Part shown: one piece after another, positions 57,917 through 64,000 of the stretch
How positions within the stretch are numbered: the stretch's first letter is position 1
Layout of the letters: the number at the start of each line of letters is the position of its first letter
DNA from: an uncultured Gemmatimonadota bacterium
Lineage (GTDB): Bacteria > Gemmatimonadota > CAZMKB01 > CAZNLH01
Reading direction: 5' to 3'
DNA length: 64,000 nucleotides
NCBI GenBank assembly: GCA_964573995.1
Contig: CAZNLH010000001.1
Location: forward strand, 112,810 to 176,809
Position numbers and translations under genes: made by a program
The notes under the pieces: generated by a model
What the model saw: the letters and a program-made list of their open reading frames with translations, nothing else
The model's database searches: none
What the model was told of the DNA's origin: nothing

Positions 57917-58551
57917 CGCATCTCCTCCATTCTATGAAGGGATTCCCTCCTCAGGGATTTAACGACCTCGCGAGCCATGACCTCGGTCAGCCTGTCGAGG
58001 GATGTTATCCTCCCGATCCCGAAGACCTTTTCTGTGTCGTTGCCGTTCCTGGAGTAGGATGAGGCCCAGAGGATCTTTCCGCTGCCGGCGTCGACCATCT
58101 TGACGAGCAATGATATGAAGGGGACTTCGGTGACGTTGTAGCCCTGCACCTGCCTGATCCCGTATTCAAGGACAGTCCCCTCGATGAGTGCGGACACATT
58201 CAGATCGGATGCGATCTTCCGGGTCTGCTCACTCGAGAGTTCCGAGATGAAACGAATCCTTTCAGAGGTGAGGACACCCTCTACTTCCCCGGGATCGACC
58301 ACCGAAAACTTACCTGTTTTCAACAACTCTACCGTAAAGATATCGTGAACGTGCCTGGCGGCGCCCTCCGCATCCGTCAGGTTATCGAACGGAAGTACGG
58401 CGACACGAATCTCACCATGGAGTTTGAATTCATTGCTCGTGTATACCCTTGGACTGGGCGCGCACCCGGCGACTAAAGCGGTTGCGAGGAAAACAGACAA
58501 CTTCCTAAATTTCCTGTCCTTGAGATTCATGGCGCATAATACGTGGATCAC
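57913..58551 (-). CDS. Lipoprotein with a CsgG/LpoB/DUF799-like N-terminal fold, paralog A.
   Basis: Lipobox 'LVAGC'. Motif 'EIRVAVLPFDNLTDAEGAARHVHDIFTVELLKTGKFSVVDP'. Confidence 0.45.
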   Translation of the reverse strand: MIHVLCAMNLKDRKFRKLSVFLATALVAGCAPSPRVYTSNEFKLHGEIRVAVLPFDNLTDAEGAARHVHDIFTVELLKTGKFSVVDPGEVEGVLTSERIRFISELSSEQTRKIASDLNVSALIEGTVLEYGIRQVQGYNVTEVPFISLLVKMVDAGSGKILWASSYSRNGNDTEKVFGIGRITSLDRLTEVMAREVVKSLRRESLHRMEEMR

Positions 58552-58578
58552 ACCCGGAACGAGGGTGATACCCTCTCC

Positions 58579-59226
58579 TCAATATCCTATCCGGTCGACT
58601 ATGTCTTTACACACCTTCTGGGTCATCTCTCCAAGGGTATACGTCTCCCCGAGGCTGATAATTGGGAGGTGGGGTCCTCCCTTCCTCGTGTGGCTGATCA
58701 TCCACACGACCTTTCCTGTCTCGACATCGATCAATTCAACGTCGACGGTAACGAGCGGGTACGATGTCTGTCCTATCCTCACCATCTCGTAATCTCGAAC
58801 CGTTCCCGTTATGATTCCCTGGACTTCGGCTTCGCTCCCCAGTTTCTTGATATTGTCGAGTTTCCACTCTCCTCCTGAATCTATTCCGCCGCTCAATATC
58901 CCCCTCGCCTTTTCGCGGAACTGCCCCGGCTCCACGACATCGAAACTCTTCTTGACCAGGAGTTCTGTAATCAGCGCATTGGCGACCTTCTCACCGGCCA
59001 GTCGGTCGTTGGTTAGGTTCTTAAAGGGCAAGACACCGATGGTCTCATAGTACGAGATATCGACGTCCTGGTGTATAAAGGTCCTCGGCCCACCGCAACC
59101 CATCAAACAGGCCGGGAGCAGGCAGGTCAACGATATCGTTATACGGCGCCTTAAGGTGGATACGATAATCTCTCTGGCGGCCGGCGGACCTTTCTCGCCT
59201 CTTCTCTGGTGTTCATCGGAATTCAT
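58579..59226 (-). CDS. Lipoprotein with a CsgG/LpoB/DUF799-like N-terminal fold, paralog B.
   Basis: Lipobox-like 'CLMGC'. Motif 'GVLPFKNLTNDRLAGEKVANALITELLVKKSFDVVEP', paralogous to the gene downstream. Confidence 0.45.
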   Translation of the reverse strand: MNSDEHQRRGEKGPPAAREIIVSTLRRRITISLTCLLPACLMGCGGPRTFIHQDVDISYYETIGVLPFKNLTNDRLAGEKVANALITELLVKKSFDVVEPGQFREKARGILSGGIDSGGEWKLDNIKKLGSEAEVQGIITGTVRDYEMVRIGQTSYPLVTVDVELIDVETGKVVWMISHTRKGGPHLPIISLGETYTLGEMTQKVCKDIVDRIGY

Positions 59227-59230
59227 AGCG

Positions 59231-60874
59231 CTAAAACCACTTCACAAGATTGATCCCCAGGTTGCTTATCCTTCTGTTTCCGGAGATCATCTGGGTATCA
59301 AGGCTCAAACGAAGGTTCGCGCGTTCCCTGAGCTTCAGGTTCATCTGGAAGAGGAGCCCCTCCTGGGCCCCGGAAAAGGACGTCGGCTGTGTTAAGGCCT
59401 CCCCATTGGCCCTGGACCGGGAATTTCTCCGGTTGTATATCAGGGAGAGACCCGAGCCGCCCGAAAAGAGGTAGTTCAGTGTCCCCGTAACGAGGTAATC
59501 ATGACGCCCGAAGACCCTGCGGTCGTCTTCCCTCGCTACGGTCCAGAGGGTCGTCAGGCGTGGAGCCGGCTGATAATTGAGGCTCATCTGCAAAGTCGAT
59601 GATTGGGTGTCTAACCAGGGGACCTTTTCTCCGTATGATAGTGTCCGGAGGCCGAAATCGAGCATCAGCCTTCCGGTTGGGACGGTGCGAAGATCGAGCG
59701 TCCGCCGTACCTGGAATCGTCCTGTTGTAACGCCGGGGTTTTCCGATTGTGTGATATTGTAATCGGAATTCAGGCTTATGCCGCGATAGACCTGCGCAAC
59801 CACGCTGAACAGATACCCATGTGAAGGAAAACTGCCCTCCTTGCTCCTGATGATGTATGTCCTTGTGAACGCCGCCCTCCCTTCGATCCTTTCACGAATT
59901 CTACCGTGAAGGCGTGCCTCGGCACGGAGGAAATCGGACGTCGATTCCCCTCCTTCCTGCATTATCCGGCGATAATCCCTGGAACCAGATATCGAGAGAT
60001 AATCGGTCGGCATGAACCTCATACCAGAGACTACCTCGGACAGGGAGGAGTTCTCGCTGCCCTGCCCCTCTCTCCTTATGTAATTGCCGAGGAACGAGGT
60101 GTAGCCTGACAGGCGGGCCAGCGGCTTGATCGAAGCCCGGGCACTCATGTTATTGACCATAGACTTGCCGATGAATTCCGGCCCTCCCCGATCGTCCGTG
60201 TATAGATAATCATAGTCCACCGTGAGGCTTGCCCGCCGGGGAAAGGGGATACGGGCACCAAGCCCCCCGCTTATATCCCGTATCCTGCGATTACCACTAT
60301 TGTCGACCCTGTCGACCATCTTCCTCTCCCTTAGAAGTGATCGATAATTCATGAACTTGTATTCGTATGTCATGTTGACCAGCCTGTCCACCTTGAGCAT
60401 ATCGACCCTGCCAGCGCCTGTCCCTCCACCCACCCTCTCGTTCCGGTCATATGTAACGCTGGTCACCGGTGCCTTGGGAGGCGACACGACAAGGTTAAAC
60501 CGCCTGCCCCTTCCGTGCAGTGCCGCCGGGCCGGAAGCGCTGTTGAGCCTATAGCGCGGGGAGAGATCGCCGGTGAATGTGTAATACTTCCCTGTCATGT
60601 TGGTGCGCCACCGCTGGCGGATGGCCCCTCCGGGCTGCGTACCTGCCGAATACCGCTGGAGAAAATAACTCAGGGTCAAGAGGTTTTTTGTGAAAAGGGC
60701 ATCCGCCACGGAAATATCCAGTTCCTGGTCAAAGTTTTGACTCCTCGTGTCCTCGAATCTGGTGCTCAGGTAGTCGAGGTTGAGCCGACCCCTGAAGTTC
60801 GCCTGAGAGAACAGCCCGGCGGGCTCCATGGAGAACGCCAGTAAGGCCGCAGAGGCAGACAACAGCCTCCACAT
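59231..60874 (-). CDS. Outer-membrane beta-barrel protein, a candidate porin or secretin partner of the cytochromes.
   Basis: Signal peptide 'MWRLLSASAALLAFS'. Alternating amphipathic beta-strand pattern throughout. C-terminal '...LGINLVKWF' has the OMP terminal aromatic. The track ORF extends to 60985. Confidence 0.55.
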   Translation of the reverse strand: MWRLLSASAALLAFSMEPAGLFSQANFRGRLNLDYLSTRFEDTRSQNFDQELDISVADALFTKNLLTLSYFLQRYSAGTQPGGAIRQRWRTNMTGKYYTFTGDLSPRYRLNSASGPAALHGRGRRFNLVVSPPKAPVTSVTYDRNERVGGGTGAGRVDMLKVDRLVNMTYEYKFMNYRSLLRERKMVDRVDNSGNRRIRDISGGLGARIPFPRRASLTVDYDYLYTDDRGGPEFIGKSMVNNMSARASIKPLARLSGYTSFLGNYIRREGQGSENSSLSEVVSGMRFMPTDYLSISGSRDYRRIMQEGGESTSDFLRAEARLHGRIRERIEGRAAFTRTYIIRSKEGSFPSHGYLFSVVAQVYRGISLNSDYNITQSENPGVTTGRFQVRRTLDLRTVPTGRLMLDFGLRTLSYGEKVPWLDTQSSTLQMSLNYQPAPRLTTLWTVAREDDRRVFGRHDYLVTGTLNYLFSGGSGLSLIYNRRNSRSRANGEALTQPTSFSGAQEGLLFQMNLKLRERANLRLSLDTQMISGNRRISNLGINLVKWF

Positions 60875-60881
60875 TGAGATT

Positions 60882-63032
60882 CTACCATCTCTCCTGCTCA
60901 CTTTCCCTCGTCTTGACGGCCTCTCTCTCTCCCTCAGACGGGTGATGCACGTTAAGGCTGTTTGAGGACGAATAATCACGTCCATGGCAGTCGTAACATG
61001 AAGCCTCTCTCCCTGAGTAATGTTCCTGTACCTCGCTCGGGATGGTATTCATGATGATTCCTTCTACTGAACGCGAGCCCGGTACTCCGTCTGCAGGGAT
61101 GTGACAACCGAAGCAGAAACGGCGTGTCTGCTGCGGATCGTTCAGGGTATCAGTCAACCCGCTCCAACCGTCTCGCTGATCACTGATCAGGAAGCCGTTT
61201 GGCTGAACGCCGTCATGTCCCAATGACCCGTGCGGGTTGTGACAATCGTAACATGGAAGTTTGTCACCCTTCTGGACGTAATTCGGCCAGGACAGTGCTA
61301 TGTCGTCGGACATCTTGATCTGGTGCCCTGCCCGATCGTCATTATTGATCCTCGAGTCATAATAATCTGATATCCTCCGGTTTTCTTCATCCATGCCGAC
61401 CGGCCCGTCGGGGCCATGGCACCGGAAACATAGTTCGTAATGCTCCGGAGGACCCACTTCTCCCGACCCGCTTATCTCCAAGTAAGGATACAGTAGCAGG
61501 TCGAAGGGGTTATCCGTAACGTGCGGGTCGTGACAATTGATGCAGAGCCCATTTCCGGCCTGGTCGCGAAGCGGCATGTCGCGGTCGTTCCTGTGGGGGG
61601 AAAAGTACCTCCCATCACCGAAAGTCCTCTGGTCGGTATATGCAACCATTCCGGGCCACCTCTTGCGGTTCTTGACACCTGTAATTCTTTCTCCACCGCT
61701 ATTGTACTCGAAGTATCCGGGGGAGGAGGACCCTTCCGGCAGCCGGTCTGTCTCCTGAGCCGGGTATCCCGTGGGGATGTCTCCGTGGCAACCGCCCCTG
61801 CCGGATGGATCGAAACAGAGATTGTTGGTGTTCTCACAGAACAGCCCGTAAGGAAATGGACCGCCGGTGGGATTTCCGTCTACGCTGGCGTGCATATAAT
61901 GGCACTGGGAACACTCTCCCACGGTGGGTGGGTCGGTGACCACCCTTTCCACTCCGCTCAGTGCGTCGCCATGTTGACTATCGAGGAATATCCTGCCGTA
62001 GTGGCATTGCGTGCACGTCTCTGACATCCTCTGCCCGTCTTCGTGGGGTAAAGTCTCGCTATCGTCATAGATCAGGAGGTACTTGTGCGAGGATCCATGT
62101 GCCTTGTGGCATGAACCGCAAAACGCTTCATTGTCGCTGTCGGCCGACGAGCCCGGGACCTCGGTTGGCGAAACAACCGCAACACGCGATACAAGCCCTG
62201 AAAACCAGCCATCGCCTCCAAGGTGACCGTTGCGATAGCCATCCGACATCGTCACGTCTCGTGTTGGGTGACGTAACCACTCGTTCCCAGGTCCAGTATC
62301 ACCGCTGGGGCTTCCGCCCATTTCGTGACCTCCCCCAGGGCCGTGAAACTCTCCATGACATCCCCCGCACCACCTGGATAAGCCGACCTCGTTTCCTCCG
62401 GACATCAACCGCCTGTAACGGATGTTCTCTACCGAGTAGCGGATAGATGGTGGGGTCGTCTCTATCTCCTGCACCGAGGAAGATCCGTCGTAGACCTGGC
62501 CCCGTGTTACCGTGACGAGGGCCTGGCCCTGCCCGCCAGGGTTCTCCACTAAATTACGGTAATACTGATTTCCATGAGGATCATGGCAGGATGTACACGT
62601 CAGTGTGGACGACCATGCTCCACCGGTATATCCGGGTGGACTCTCGCCCGACCCGAGGGAGTGTCGGTTTTCCTCGACTATCTGGCCGCCGCTCGTAAAA
62701 CTTCCAGCGGCCGATTCGTATCCGACAGGGTCCTCTACGTTGGGGGCGTTAGGGTTGCTGCCGTCATGACAATTGAGGCACAACTGATTCGTCGTCTGAT
62801 CGATGATCAATCTCTCAAAGGGCCCGCCGGGTTCCGATCCGGGTGGGATTTCCCCGTTTTGCGAGTAGTGCATTGTATGACAATCCGAGCAGAGGAGGCC
62901 ATCGTGTCCCAACTCGCTATCGGCCGACAGGCCTTTGCATCCCAAGGCTACATACCAAAGGAGCATAGTGAAGGACCAGGCGAATACCCAGTTGTATGTG
63001 AAATAAGGGTGAAAGGATGATCCGTGAATCAT
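60882..63032 (-). CDS. Doubled OmcS-family cytochrome: two tandem hexaheme OmcS-like modules (12 CxxCH), possibly a lipoprotein.
   Basis: Module 1: 'CSDCHTMHYS', 'QLCLNCHDGSNP', 'CTSCHDPHGNQ', 'WCGGCHGEFHG...WLRHPTRD', 'CGSCHKAHGSS', 'CTQCHYG'. Module 2: 'CSQCHYMHAS', 'CINCHDPHVTDNP', 'CFRCHGPDG', 'CYDCHNPHGS', 'CFGCHIP', 'CYDCHGRDYS'. The N-terminal hydrophobic segment ends in '...VALGC'. Confidence 0.7.
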   Translation of the reverse strand: MIHGSSFHPYFTYNWVFAWSFTMLLWYVALGCKGLSADSELGHDGLLCSDCHTMHYSQNGEIPPGSEPGGPFERLIIDQTTNQLCLNCHDGSNPNAPNVEDPVGYESAAGSFTSGGQIVEENRHSLGSGESPPGYTGGAWSSTLTCTSCHDPHGNQYYRNLVENPGGQGQALVTVTRGQVYDGSSSVQEIETTPPSIRYSVENIRYRRLMSGGNEVGLSRWCGGCHGEFHGPGGGHEMGGSPSGDTGPGNEWLRHPTRDVTMSDGYRNGHLGGDGWFSGLVSRVAVVSPTEVPGSSADSDNEAFCGSCHKAHGSSHKYLLIYDDSETLPHEDGQRMSETCTQCHYGRIFLDSQHGDALSGVERVVTDPPTVGECSQCHYMHASVDGNPTGGPFPYGLFCENTNNLCFDPSGRGGCHGDIPTGYPAQETDRLPEGSSSPGYFEYNSGGERITGVKNRKRWPGMVAYTDQRTFGDGRYFSPHRNDRDMPLRDQAGNGLCINCHDPHVTDNPFDLLLYPYLEISGSGEVGPPEHYELCFRCHGPDGPVGMDEENRRISDYYDSRINNDDRAGHQIKMSDDIALSWPNYVQKGDKLPCYDCHNPHGSLGHDGVQPNGFLISDQRDGWSGLTDTLNDPQQTRRFCFGCHIPADGVPGSRSVEGIIMNTIPSEVQEHYSGREASCYDCHGRDYSSSNSLNVHHPSEGEREAVKTRESEQERW

Positions 63033-63036
63033 TTAA

Positions 63037-64000
63037 TCATTGCTTATTGTTAGGTCTATCCGTTACCGGCACCTTGAAGGCCTGAAACCGCGCAATTCCC
63101 TTTTCCAGGATAAACAACCTCCCTCTTGATCCGAACGCGATATCGAGTGGGAAAAAGAGTTTCCCTGGCTCGGTCCCCATTTCACCATACTCTTTCACGA
63201 AGGTTCCATCCTCCGAGTATACCTTTACAGCATGCTGGAAAGTGTCCACGATCCACAACTTGCCCCTTGGTCCAACCGCTCCTGCTATGGGGAACGAGAA
63301 TTTACCCGCGCTTGAACCGTGAAGACCAAAGTGATTGACGAGGCGCCCATCCCGGCCTATTACATGAACGGCATATCCCCTCGAAGAGATCAGGATCGTT
63401 TCTCCTCCACGCGCTCCCTGCACTACATCTTGGAGTGCCACCCCCTCATTCTCCTCCTTGGGGAAGGTGTAAAACAGGCCGGTATTTCTACTGTCCATAT
63501 CCAGCCGCATAACGTCCCTCCCGAAACGACCCGCGACGAGGAGCCTGCCCCCCGAGTCAAAGCCCATACCGCCGGGGGAAAATCGTCCCCTTGACGATGA
63601 CTTCAGGTCTATGGGCTCCATGCCCACTTGGTCCCTGCCCACAGACCATATCCTGGGCATGTCCTGCTCCCCGATGACGAGTGTGCCGTTCCCGGCGACG
63701 GCCAATTTAAAGGGAATCCTCAGCGTCCTGTCCAGGCGCAACTTGTGCAGGTACCGGCCTTCCTGATCGTAGACGATTACCTGGCGCCTACCCCTGTCAG
63801 AGATGTAGACCTCGTTGCGAATGGTGTCGACTGCAATAGCGCCGGGCTTCAAGAGCGGCTCATCATGTTCCGCTTCTTCTACCGAGAATAAGAAATCCCA
63901 CCCCGACCCGCCCCCGGTTCCTCCTCCAGCCGTAACGCCACTACCCGCCAGGATGAACAACAGTAGAATCAGCACGAGCCTTACGGCCTCTCTTTTCCTC
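63037..64000 (-). CDS. NHL-repeat beta-propeller protein. The 5' end probably lies beyond the window.
   Basis: Repeated NHL-like blades: 'AIAVDTIRNEVYISDRGRRQVIVYD', 'GMGFDSGGRLLVAGRFGRDVMRLD', 'LDIAFGSRGRLFILEKGIARFQAF'. The ORF is open to the window edge upstream of GTG 63975. Confidence 0.6.
   Translation of the reverse strand, partial: RKREAVRLVLILLLFILAGSGVTAGGGTGGGSGWDFLFSVEEAEHDEPLLKPGAIAVDTIRNEVYISDRGRRQVIVYDQEGRYLHKLRLDRTLRIPFKLAVAGNGTLVIGEQDMPRIWSVGRDQVGMEPIDLKSSSRGRFSPGGMGFDSGGRLLVAGRFGRDVMRLDMDSRNTGLFYTFPKEENEGVALQDVVQGARGGETILISSRGYAVHVIGRDGRLVNHFGLHGSSAGKFSFPIAGAVGPRGKLWIVDTFQHAVKVYSEDGTFVKEYGEMGTEPGKLFFPLDIAFGSRGRLFILEKGIARFQAFKVPVTDRPNNKQ

Noticed and set aside
1-64000. CRISPR arrays, rRNA genes, prophage or integrase genes
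   Set aside because: No regularly spaced direct repeats, no rRNA-like conserved stretches, and no integrase, recombinase or phage structural ORFs were found. The only RNA gene recognised is tRNA-Arg(CCU).

Overview
This is a 64-kb window of gene-dense, high-GC (~58%) bacterial chromosome, apparently from an uncultivated lineage. A T9SS-type C-terminal sorting domain and a FadL/PorV-like barrel point to the FCB superphylum rather than Geobacter. Most of the window is housekeeping genes: gmhA, ppdK, purF/purC/purB, pssA/psd, htrA, tal, truA, hflKC, folB/folK, panB/panC, thiE, yggS, divIVA, punA, the ileS-dksA-lspA-rluD cluster, a GH57 glycosidase and one tRNA-Arg(CCU). Three accessory parts stand out. 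(1) From 51.8 to 64 kb there is an OmcS-family cytochrome 'nanowire'/extracellular-electron-transfer locus. It holds three OmcS-like paralogs, one of them a tandem 12-heme doublet, and a ~42-heme c7-repeat polymer cytochrome. It also holds an outer-membrane beta-barrel, two CsgG/LpoB-like lipoproteins and an NHL-repeat protein. The operon is translationally coupled and lies next to a tRNA gene. (2) At 3.6-6.7 kb a single membrane protein combines an RsbW-type kinase, a sensor, a HAMP domain, a PP2C phosphatase, a transposase-derived HTH and a STAS domain. Its likely partner at 9.9-10.5 kb is a STAS protein with the same transposase-like HTH. (3) At 32.7-37.8 kb a two-component cluster carries duplicated PAS modules and a seven-domain hybrid kinase. 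No CRISPR array, rRNA or intact mobile element was seen.
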